Shown here piece after piece: positions 50,312 to 62,273 of a stretch of 64,000 bases of DNA. The notes under the pieces were generated by a model that worked only from the letters and a program-made list of their open reading frames with translations, ran no database searches and was not told the origin of the DNA. The stretch is taken from contig CAJFCJ010000002.1 of NCBI GenBank assembly GCA_904063045.1, positions 3,777,891 to 3,841,890 on the forward strand, written 5' to 3'. The position numbers and the translations under genes were made by a program. How positions within the stretch are numbered: the first letter of the stretch is position 1; every line of letters starts with the position of its first letter. The DNA is from Dimorphilus gyrociliatus (taxonomy: Eukaryota > Animalia > Annelida).

Positions 50312-52801
50312 TAGACTTGTAAAAATATCTTAAAACAAGTATAGTTTTCTTACACAGCAGATGGAGCCAGGAGAAAAGTATAAAAATTCTTTTCTTGATA
50401 GCTATTAGATACAATTTATTAAAAGAACAACAGAACAAAAAAGTTTATCTAAATAACCAATAAACCTTCACACTCTATCAAAAGTTTAAAAGAAATGAAC
50501 TCTGAATATTTTTAATATATAGACAACTGAGTACCTTTTTTTTTTCATTTATTAAAATATGAACGAGTTCTGTATCTAATTGAAATTATTAGTATGTTCT
50601 AAAGTATAGAATATGTATAAAAGTTCTGCACTGAATTTTTTCACATCAAACATTCTTCAAGAAGAATTATATTTTTATAAATAAACTACTTTTATATAAA
50701 AAATAGTCTATATAGTCTATATTTGTATAGCTTTAGTTTTGATTATATACTGTTTCTGAGTTCAGAATCACAAAAGAGCAATAGTTCTTCTATACGACAG
50801 GTTTAATTGATATAAACGCTATTATAGATAAATCGTAACAAGGAGATGAGAGGAAGTTGAAAAATGTAGTAAAATTACATACAAACAAGTTTTAATTTAG
50901 AATCTATATAAAGTATATATACATATATACAACATGTATATATTTATACATTAATATGTATGATTAATTGCATGTATTCTTATACGATGATCGTGTGCAG
51001 CATCGTTGCAAAGTGAATAGTTTTTTAGCAGGAGAATACAGAGAACGAAATTGTTAAGATGAAATGTGAGAGGTTTATTTATTACATGTTTAAATTGATC
51101 GCGATTTAATTCATAAACTAATATTGAAGTATACAGTAACACATCTTTCTATATAATAAAAAAATTGAATTGATATAAATAGAGTAAATTATATTTCAAT
51201 AAAGTAAATTGAGTTTCTTTCTATGAATATACTTAGGACTAAACTTATTTTTATACGCTTCAGTTGGAAGAGGCAGTAAAGCGGTTAAAGGGAATCTCTA
51301 TTGATCTGTAATAAATCGCTTGAAAGAGTAACTAAATGTAACAAAATGCAAAAGTATAAAAAAAAAAGGAGGGGGGAAATGACAAACAGCAGAAACGTTT
51401 TAAATAGAGTGCATCCTTAGAAATGGCGCGGCCAACGCCTTAGAGATTAAGCGGGAGACGCCGCACGCGCGTGTTTGCTTCATCGGGCGTCAGATCAGCG
51501 TCAGCGCAGCGTCATTCTGCTTTGAAAAGAGCCGCTTTGTTTTGTCGCGTGTTTGCTCGTGGCTGCATACATAAAAATTGTGGGAAAGAAGCGAGACGAC
51601 AGATGTCGGTCACAATTAGGTAGAAAAAAACGCGCATTTAGCAAATTGTGTTCAGCCATAGATTAATAGGTGTCCAGTGTTGAAAGCGCCCTCTAACAAG
51701 AAGCTTGATTCAATTAGACCTTATAATGTTTTTGTGAGAATTGCTAATTGAAAAGGTCTTTCTCTAGTCTCGATCCTAGTGAAAGTCGAAAGTTTTCGCT
51801 TTTATCTTGAGATAAAGAAATAAAGAGGCAATTCGACAGATGTTAGACTTAATTAAGATGAAAATGTGTATTCGTAGAATTTTATACAAACTATATAAAG
51901 GTCATATTTCCGTTTTGTGTACAGGTTTCATAATAAACTAGAGAAACAATTTATTTTATAATTCAGTTTATATTTAGCTGGATTGTACTACTATTGTTAT
52001 GTTATTCTTGTTATTCTTGTTGTTATTTTTATATACTTTTACAAGAAATATTTTCATTTCTATAGAATTTCTCATTCTTCCTTTAATGATATTCTAGTAA
52101 ATATACCCTTTCTCTTTCCCCCTTCATCCTCCGCTTTTTTTTATGTGTGCACGTATACAACATAATACACCTGATAAATATTCATTAACTATTTGTATTT
52201 AGTTCCGGAAATTGCATTGACAAATTGAGGAACTTTTTCTGAACCGTTTCTCAACTATAGAATAAAGAATAAAGGGACCTGATTTTGTTTACGTAACTGA
52301 TTAGCATGACGCCGAAAGGCGATGCCAACACTCAACGTGTGCATATGCATAATTAAACTTAATGGAAAGTCATTCGTCAATTTTTTTAACTGTAAATCGT
52401 TGGCGGTACGTCATTAATTACTTATTACGATTGAATTAGCATATAGAATTGAATGGTAGGAAAAAATCTCTAATTAAGCCTATTGTTTATAAAAAAAAAA
52501 GAAAAGTCACACAAACGTATTATGTCTTTTGACTAACTTTGTATTTATTTCAATAGACCTTTCACACGAATAATACACAGTTAATAGTCATATATGTACA
52601 TGTATATATATACATATAGATATATAGTATATATTAATATGTATATAATTATGCATTAATTAATAAATATGCACAAATACTAGCATATTTTTTAAGTTCA
52701 AATGTGATACAAGAGAAAAATTTTTGGGTTTTTTTGTCATTTGTTTTCTTTCTAAAGCATATTTAAGAAAAGAAAGAATTAAAGATAAAAAAGATAGTTT
52801 A

Positions 52802-55800
52802 TCAGTGCGCAAAAAGTATATCCTGATTAACGGTTTGTGAGTACAAACGCGATAGTTTACACGATTCGGTCACATAATCGCACAATTTCCGTTTCGTCCT
52901 CCGATTCGTCTGCGCTCGAACGCATTTCCAAGTGGGCGGTCGTCGAATGACTTGAGTTTCGTACGCAATTGGCGGTCTTTGAAGCGAATCTGTGGGGTAA
53001 AGATAGATTTTTCTCTATTATTATTGTACAGCTTGAGAAAAAAAGGGTAAAAAAAGGTTATAAAAGGATTTGGCAGTGTCTTTTTGTTTCCCTTTTTGAA
53101 GGGTAAATTCCTATTTTACAATATGTTTCATATTTATAAGTGAAATTAAGAGAGTGCGAGAGGGCGAAGATTAATTTACACTAATTAATACATTCTGAAA
53201 ATGCTTTCCCAATTCTCTGTTAATAGCCGATTTGCATTAGTATTTGATGGTCTGAATAAACGAAGTCGGGGAAACTACGACTGAATGGGCTTCATAGGGT
53301 TGGAGTAAAGAAAAAAAGATTCTATACAACTTCCGGTCGGAGGAAATGAGAAGCGAGCGCATTCTCTTCAATCATGCAAGAGGCAAATGTCAGACGAGGC
53401 ACGCCCAGCTGAGCCCTTACCAGGTGCAAGGGCTTCCCTAAAGCCTCTCGTTTAATGAGCTTTCGAATAAATAAACGCCTCGTATGGCGCTCGTCTTCCA
53501 CCCCACCCTTCGATCTCTCGCTAACCAGCCCAAACCCCACCCATTACACTCTAAATTTATACTCAGTCCTCGATGCGTTCAACTAATTAACAACGAACGT
53601 TTTTCCTCTCGTTTAATTACTTTTTGAGAAGTGACAAGAGTCGTTTTCTCAGCTTTTCTCTTTCTCATTTAAGATCTAGCTTTACTCTCTGTAAAGCTTT
53701 ATAAAAGATAAACCCCATTCCTCTATTTCTATTTAAATATACATAGATAAAAATATCTCTTTTTGCTCATATAACATTATATATGCATTGTACTCGTGTA
53801 TGCACTTTCGGGAAAACGTTTTGTTAAACAGGTGTTGTAGCGTTTATGTTGTCCAAATCGAATTGCTCGACAAACGCCAGGTGCGAGGCGCGTAATAGAG
53901 AATCAGCTCGAGTTCACCTTCGTCACGACGTTTACGTCTCTTATTTGTATACCGTATACAACTACACATATATACACAAACCGGCATTAAATTAATTCCT
54001 TCCGTTCCTTTTAGAAATAGTCTGAATGGAAGACATTGTGAAAAAGTGAAAAGAAAAATCTATCTTATTTCTTTTCTTTTCACCTAATAATCCTTATAAC
54101 AGATGTTTACTGATAAAAGGGTGAGAGCGAATTTGGGTTAGTGAAAGGAGAAAAAACTAAGGGGAGGAAAGATTAGAGATATCTTTTACAAGATAAGAGG
54201 CAAACGGAAAGCAATATAGGCCTATTATAACCAAAAGCTCCTCTCTTTTACTATAAACAATATTAATGGTTATGAAACATATTACGAAATAAAAAAATAT
54301 AAAAAAGGAAAAGTTAGAGCTTTTGAAGTGGTTAATGGCTCTACGGATTATTCTATACGGCTAAGTGTCGGCTGTCCATACCGGAGGGCTTATCCCATCA
54401 TTGGCAATTTAATACGACATACGAAAAAAGAAGGATCGGAAGACAGACAAGAGCACAGACTATAAGTTAAAACGAAAGCAGAAAGGAAAGAAATAAGAAA
54501 GAATGGAACCTTTGCGGTAAAGTAATACGATTTAATCAGTTTTAGTATAGGCTTTAAGTCATTCACTCAAATAATAGCGTTAAAAGGATCGTACCCTTAA
54601 ACTATGAAAGAATTTTTTAATAATGGACTGCCACTGCGATAGGGGCGAATAGATGTGACACAATTAACGTTTGTTTTTTTTTAACCATTCAAATACGGGT
54701 AAGATAGGAGAGAGGGGAGAGAAGGGCAAACGAATATAAGAGACGAATCACGTGACACTGGCGTTATTGCTCTTTTTAGAGGGGGAAGGAGAAATAGTCA
54801 AGATTGTATATTAGTAGCGGAGATGAATAAAAAGAGACACAGAGTGGCAATGAATAGCAAAGAGGGGAACGAGGGAAAAGAGAATGCGAAAGAGAGAAAG
54901 AGTGATAGACTGAGTGAGTGAGTGAGTGAGTGAGAGAGAGAGAGAGAGAGAGCTCGTTCGATATTAAGCATTCGTATCAGGTGTCACGCTGCTAGAAGCT
55001 TTCGAATGCGTAATAAACGAATCGAACGCATCGCGTTAATTTCCTACTAGACATAAAACAGTCTGGCGGGCGGCCCGCGGCGTTCGAAATGGCGCCGGAA
55101 TGTTTTTTTTTTGTCCTTCCACCTCCCCACTCACCTTCTCATGCGATTTTTATACCACCCGTTTTCGATTTTCATCACTTGCACTCTAATACGGCCTCAC
55201 TTATGTACTATATGATCTTCTAATCCTACAGACATGCTTTATATACGTCAATGGCAACGTATAATGTCATCAAATATATGAGTCTTGAGAAATATCTATC
55301 AAGATCCATCCAATATAAGTTTTTATAGATTTTCGTGTAAGCATATTAAGTCAACATTGGACACTTTCAGTACAATATATACGTATAAAATACGTATTTA
55401 TATATATAAAGATACAGCCTTGTATAATCGGATTCTGTAAAAGCTATCAATCTCTCCCCACCCCTTCGTCCCCCACCCCTCTCTTTCTTTCTCTCTTCCT
55501 ATAAACGCCGCCCTGATATTAAGTAGATCTTTTTTATTAGTCGATCACGTGACCTACTCTTGCGTAACTGCACGCCTTCTCTAAATACCGCTACTATTGT
55601 TAAGGAAAACAAAAGGTTATAAAGACTTACCGATCAACGTCATCAAGTATTCGATTTCAGATCGATGGACGTTTGTCAAATGATTTGTAGGTCTAGTCGG
55701 TACAAACAGCAACGGTGATAGATTGTTTGGTTGTTGGGGTTGAGTCGGTTGTGCTGGTGGTGGTGGTGGTGGAGGCGGAGGAAGGTGATGAAGCGGCAAA

Positions 55801-55961
55801 GCTATTCTTAGGGCTTGTTCACTCTTGTCCCAGTCCGGAAATTTACTATAGTCAATTTCGTATTCGACCGACGTATCGACGCTTAACGGTTGATCGAACG
55901 GCACGGTCGGCCGATCTTGAGACGTTCTGCATGGAAGAGGTTGATTCATACAAGAACACAT
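52802..55961 (-). CDS. Tentative two-exon proline-rich orphan protein (~172 aa)
   Basis: Exon 55961-55631 is a 110-codon GC-rich frame with a poly-Pro run, ending at a perfect phase-1 donor G|GTAAGT. Exon 52989-52802 follows a pyrimidine-rich CACAG acceptor and is open for 61 codons in phase 1. No recognisable domain; extra internal exons are possible. Confidence 0.45.
54911..54952. repeat. Compound (TGAG)n-(AG)n microsatellite
   Basis: Direct read. Confidence 0.95.
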
Positions 55962-56150
55962 CTCCTTAATTTTCTCTATCCTTTCGTTATCACTTCCTTT
56001 CCAATCCTTCGGTCTTTCTTTCTTCGTCTATTTAGTTATCTGTCTTGCTATCTATCTCACGCTCACTCACTCGATCGTTTTCTCTATCTCTCTCACACAC
56101 TCTTTCTCCTTCTGAAAGCTGCAGTGTAACTGAAAGGAGTTGAGTGGAAG

Positions 56151-56164
56151 GCGCCCCCTGCTGG
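56151..56164 (-). promoter_or_regulatory. CTCF-type motif CCAGCAGGGGGCGC
   Basis: Full match on the minus strand, ~190 nt upstream of the orphan ORF at 55961. Confidence 0.65.
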
Positions 56165-57590
56165 ACGATCGGAACCCGCCAAGTAATTCGTTCCATTAGC
56201 GGCGGAGAATAATGGCAATGCGTACATTTGACATTTAAATCGGTGTGAAGGGGCTAAATCTGGTTATTACATAATGTTTTTAAAGCCGATCTCACATCTC
56301 GAGTTTCTTCATTGGATCAAACTAACCATAGTCTAAATAAATAAACTACTGTACATCTAAGTAGAAATTATATGTGATTTTAGATAGGCCTAAAAGCTTG
56401 AGATTAATAACAAAAATGCTTTTTGTACATACAATAATAATATTACTAGTTGTAATAAAGCATAAGATCATATATTATATTCATCTTTTATCACATTAAA
56501 TGTGTTTAAATACAGTCAAAGTATTATTTACATAATCTGAAAAATGAAAATAAAGACTCAATAATCTATCTGATTGCTCTTTTATTTCAATTTCACTCAG
56601 TCACTCTCATTCGTTTTTAATACATAAATACTGTCTATTTGTTTATATATAAAGATATGCGTATAAAACGTACGAGAGAAAAAAAAAGAAAGGGAAGAGG
56701 GAATGAGAGAGCTTTGCATTATACGATTTGAAGACACTCGACCGTGCGTTAATTAGCTTCTTCGTCATGCATGAAATTAAACGTTATAAACGAAATTATT
56801 GAAAAAATTTCTTATTCTATGTGTTAAAAACATAAATTTATTGAAGGAGAATTTTTGAACGAACAAGGAGTAATCTTCGGGGCGTGACCTTGGATGATCA
56901 TTAGTCGAGTATTTTATGAAAGAGAATAAGAGAAGTGATGAGGACGGTTTACTCGAGAATAAGAGTCGTTGGTAGGTAAAGTGCAATGGAGAAGAAAAGG
57001 TCCATTTAAGGATAGCTAGTTTAAAATACAAGAAGACGTGTCGACGGGGGGAGGGATGAGGCCTTTCAAAAGAGAGCAGGAAGGAAAAAACAGGGCACTG
57101 CATGTATATAACGAGCGTCAGCCGTGTCAGGCGCGCGTCAGATTGGAATTTTTTTCACTGCTGACACTCGGAAAACGGGCACGTTTCTTTATTATTCTTC
57201 CTTCCACTTATATTGCCTCCGCCTGACGTCACACTGGCACACCCTGTCGCATGCATACAATTAGTGCAAAGGGAATATATGTCTGGTGTGAACACTCCTT
57301 GGTAATTATTTTACTAAAAAATTATCTACAAAGTATTAGTATATCTTCTACTCATTGATTCAACTTCAAGCTCAATATTCTAGTATTCCTTACATCCTCC
57401 ACTCTCAATTATAGGCAATGTCTTGCAATTATATAAAGAAACGCTAATGCATAGATGATAAAAAGTATACATGTAAAAACATATATCTATGGTATATATT
57501 AATACATTTTGTAGAATATATATAGTCATTTTACATTCATCTTATTTAAAGGAAGGTATATATTTAGTCTTTGGGCATTACGAAGAACAT

Positions 57591-57592
<2 letters not shown>

Positions 57593-57632
<40 letters not shown>
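57593..57632. repeat. (TA)20 microsatellite
   Basis: Direct read. Confidence 0.95.
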
Positions 57633-57636
<4 letters not shown>

Positions 57637-60600
57637 TATGTGAAAGTATAGAAGCGTGCATGTCTTCTGGCAGTATTGTAATTCTGTATGCGAATGGCTG
57701 ACGGTTCTGAGCGAGAAAATTACATGTATATACCATAGATAAACAGTCTATAGACGTTCAACTAACAACTCGATATATGCGTGTATAGACTGTATATACA
57801 CATGCAGATCCCCCATTAGCGTATATATATAAGATTCTTAAAATATATAAAAAAGCACGAAAAAGACTAATGTTAATTAATCTGTATATTCGAGTGAAAT
57901 CAGTCAGTTAAAGTAAGGAATTACGTAATAGGATGCTAACGAAGTAAAAAAAAATCTCTTGTCCTTTGTATTAATTTATCATTACGTTCCTCTGTCAAGT
58001 TAAACGAGATGTACTAACCGGCTTTCACTTGCATATCGACATACATGAGGGGGTATTAAAAATTCTCAAGCGTTTTTAATTATCTGGACAAGGCCGGGTA
58101 AGCTTTCGATTTATAGAAGTGGTGGGTTGTATAAATGAGAGTGACTGTTGCAATAATAAAGATTCGGTTATTTAATTTCTTTATGAGATATTTAACATGG
58201 AATAGGAATGTTACATACATATAAAAATGGATAAAAACTGAATGAATGAGCTTCTATTATAGCTGGAGGACATTGTACAGGGCCACCAGCTATCATTTTG
58301 TTCACTATTAAGTCTTGAATTTTAAATGACCAGCTGTGTGCATAGAGAAAAAGAAGGGGGAAATGGGAGTTTGATATTTCTTTCTTTGCTATTGTGTTAG
58401 CAATTATACCTAAATTTTCTCATCGATTATTGGATTGTCAAATGTCTAAAGCTTAGTCATCCGACTATTTCTATACATAAAAAATATATAGTTTATATAA
58501 ACGTATATATTGTCTGTAAACTGAAGCTTTATTGCATATAGGAGCAATTGCCTTCCATAAATCCTAAATGTCTATTATTATATAGATGAAATCATATAAC
58601 GTAATTATATATTGTAAACATCATTAATTCAAAGTATTTTTCTCCTAATTATTAATTATTCTATTCATTTATAAAGGAAAATACCTAATTTGGCACCTTT
58701 TCGTGCCTTTTATCCGTATGAAAGTGTTAAGTAATAAATTGGGTACAAGAATTTCGAAATTGTCTGTATTGCTTCTCCTTTTCTTTCTTCGGTACAAAAA
58801 AACATTCACTGCTCAAAGTCTTTCGACAACCTTTAATACTTTACCCTCTTATCCTTTTACTATTATTATAATATACACCTAGTATAAAAAACGATTGAAA
58901 TATAACGTCCATAACTCTGAAAGGCTAAGAAGTAGGCGTTTTCCTTTCTCAGTCACAGATACATGACATACATACTCGGTCGTCCGAATAAATAATGCAT
59001 GGAACGTACACGGACTGTACGCTTCCACTAAGAAACGCTTTTTTTGTTCGATAAGGCGAATGCAACGGGCTGATAAGAGCAAACAGGACGTACAGTCCAT
59101 TACAATCACGAGATAAAGGCGCTTCTGGTGTCGACGTGTCTCGTGAAAAAAAAGTGTCAGAGCCTGGAGGGCAAAACCGCCGCCATAAACGTCTCTCTTC
59201 TATTCTCTACCCATTTCTAGCTCACTACCTTTCACTACATTTTATCTTTTTCATTTTCTCCATACCCTATCCCGCATCCGCTTTACGCCTCTCCGCTACC
59301 CAGCACCTGCCATTAAAAGCTCCCTTTGAAGATTGAGCCGACAAATTATGAATATTCATTAGATTAGTTGTATGATTTGCATATATCGGCTCTGATTGGT
59401 TCGCGTCCCGCCTACGGCACTTGTTGAATGTTAATGAGAGTTGGAAGATTGCCGTTACATAGTACCCCTTTTAGTACTTTAGTCTATATGCTGTACCGAT
59501 TTATTTGCATACGTGCACTTACAATGGGCTCAGTGAATAGGCTGTTCTTATTCTCTTGCACTTATTGAATATTAATGACATTCGCGTTTTACAAGGCACT
59601 CAACCGATATCTTGTTAATTGGGATATTTAAAACGTCAAACTTACAAAGTTCAGGGTCTTTTCGTATTGGAACTAACTCAATATTCAAAAGCACACCCCT
59701 CATTTTCGCAGTTTGTCTTTAATAGAGCCTGATGCCATGAAAAAAATCCGTATACAATACCCTTTTATACAAATAGTCACGTAATATTGTAAATGCTTCG
59801 AATATTCCTAATCGCCTTAAAGAAGAATGAGGTATACACGTACAAGTATAACAACCTATGAATTTTACTCAGACTTCATTCCATATCCATTTTATATCAA
59901 CTTGACGTAAATATTAGTATGTACATGTATATATATATATATATACTAAATTCTGTCTGTAGGACGATATACAGTTTTTATATGCGTGTGTGTATGTGTA
60001 AAAAGAAAGCTGTCCTACAAATTAAAGTGTATATTAACATTTATCAAAATAGTATATACTGTATACATTTCATATTTATGTAGACATTATAAATATGAAT
60101 CTTTTGTATAAAATGCTTATATAAAGATATAAATATACTTGTACGTATTCTATATATAAGATATATATATAAAATTTATATATATATACTGTATATCATA
60201 CTAATATATACAATATAGACTATATACTTTATATAGCATATATATTTAGACTAGTATGTAATGTATATTTGTAGAAACGTTAACTATTATTCCCTATTTC
60301 ACATATATCCTTTTAAGTAATTAGAAATCATTACTTATTTATTCACTGTTTACAGACATATACATTGAATAGACAATCGACTTCGGCAGCGCCCTTTGAC
60401 GTCGACTTCGATTCCTCGTCGTCTATCCGCAATGATTCTTGACTTTCACTGTAAATGCAAATTTGGCATTTGTAAATGACGTCAGGGCCGTTCGTGAATA
60501 TTCTCCGTCAAGTTCATTTCGTGTACGCAATTAATACTATATATATGAGACGGCGTCACGGCGTCTCTATTATAGTCGTTCGTTCAATTACTACAGACGA

Positions 60601-62273
60601 CACGGAAGAAACGTGAGGCTACTGTAAAATGTCTATAGGAAATATATTCGATGGCATTTCATCTTCCTGACAAAAGATCATTTTTCTCCTGCCTGATTTT
60701 TATTAACCGCAGTATAAGAGTACTTATAAGTTTTAGGGAAGAATGAAAGATTATTTTCATGACCCGTCTACCTTATTTGAATTAAACGCCAGATGTTTTC
60801 TTCGTAACATATGTTAGGAAGAAGATAATCGGCTTATGTATTTCAAATAATTACATTCAATTCGTTCTTTTCTCCACTTTTTTTTCTCAGCGCAAGTTAA
60901 AATAGGCCTATTTTGAAACTCTATAATATAAATGACTTAACTATATAGAATTTAAAAATTATAATTATTAGTTTATTAAAATTGTTTAATGTATAGATTA
61001 TATCCTATTTAATCGTTTCATTGAGTATATTCTTTATCTTAATATAAGAATATCATTTTTTTTAACTTGATAATGATTATTAATAAATATTTGAGTTTTT
61101 ATTAGTGAAATTCGATAGTAAATGTGATAGAATAGGGTGTTTTTAAGTTTAAAATAATTATATTGCAAGTCGTGCTACTGCGTATTATGGGGGCTATACA
61201 CTGGCGAATCGTTCGTCATATAAAAATGTCACAAGTGATTCGATATAGAACGAGCGTTGGAGACGAGGAATGTAAGTGACGTCTGCAAATGACGTCTGTG
61301 TTATTATTATGCTGATAGATATGTGTAGATAAACAGTTACTTCTTTGTTCCGCGCCGTTTCGTTATCTTAACTCTGTCCGTACACTAATTGACTACCCTT
61401 TTCCCTTTTTTGTCTACTATAATGTCTTTATTTTCCCTTTTTTTCTATTCGTTTATTTTTTGTCACTTTATCCATAATTGATAACATGGATATAAGGATC
61501 CGTAAGACGCCATCTGTGCGACAAGGACTATTAAAGAACAGGTGGTGATCAAATACGAAGTGAGACCGTTATATACTTCATTCTGTTTATATTATAGCTA
61601 CTTGAATATTATTAATTGCTATATAAGCCTTAAGTGATGTTTACAACAATCAGTAGTGATGAGAAATACTACAATATAATAGCTGATTCGATATCGCTCA
61701 ACTCCAATTATAAAAAAAGAATGGTAGATTTTCTGTCATTTCTGTAGAGAGATAATACTGAAGAAAAATTCACGAACTCCTTTATTGATCGTATAAGATA
61801 AAGAGGCCAGCAACTGACCTTCAGAGATTGTTTCTTAAAATCTATTACTTTTATCTGCAAGCGATTACGATTGGAGTTTAGATCTTTGGCGACACAGTAC
61901 ATTAATTAAAAAAATAAGGTACATAAATAAAAAAAACATTCCTTTATTAAAGTTTGTTATTTTCTTCTTTCCCAGTTTGTTTTCTACATTCAGACAATTA
62001 AATTGGCTAGAAAGTAGATTGATAATACAACTGAATGCTTTTTTTTATCTTCATCAATGGTTTATTATCTTTTAAATTTATTTATTATTTATATTCATTA
62101 ATTTTCGTAGTGGAATTAATAAAAATCTTTATCGACAAAAAAAGATAAAAATTAAAGGCAAAATTCGAGCTCAATCGCATTATGAATTACTAATGTTATC
62201 TCATTGAGATTACCACCTAGTGATTAGTTTTTTCTACAGAGAGATAGAGCATTTGATCAAAGACTCATCAAGA

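Noticed and set aside
53322-54470. Additional exons for the orphan gene (CACCTG|GTAAGG near 53400; KRRKRR frame near 53940; hydrophobic frame near 54450)
   Set aside because: Acceptors are weak or frames terminate, and no consistent phase chain gave a more convincing protein than the two-exon model.
56916-56975. Plus-strand MKENKRSDEDGLLENKSR ending at TG|GTAGGT as a distant first exon of SLC34
   Set aside because: Splicing to the 62240 acceptor creates TGA at the junction.
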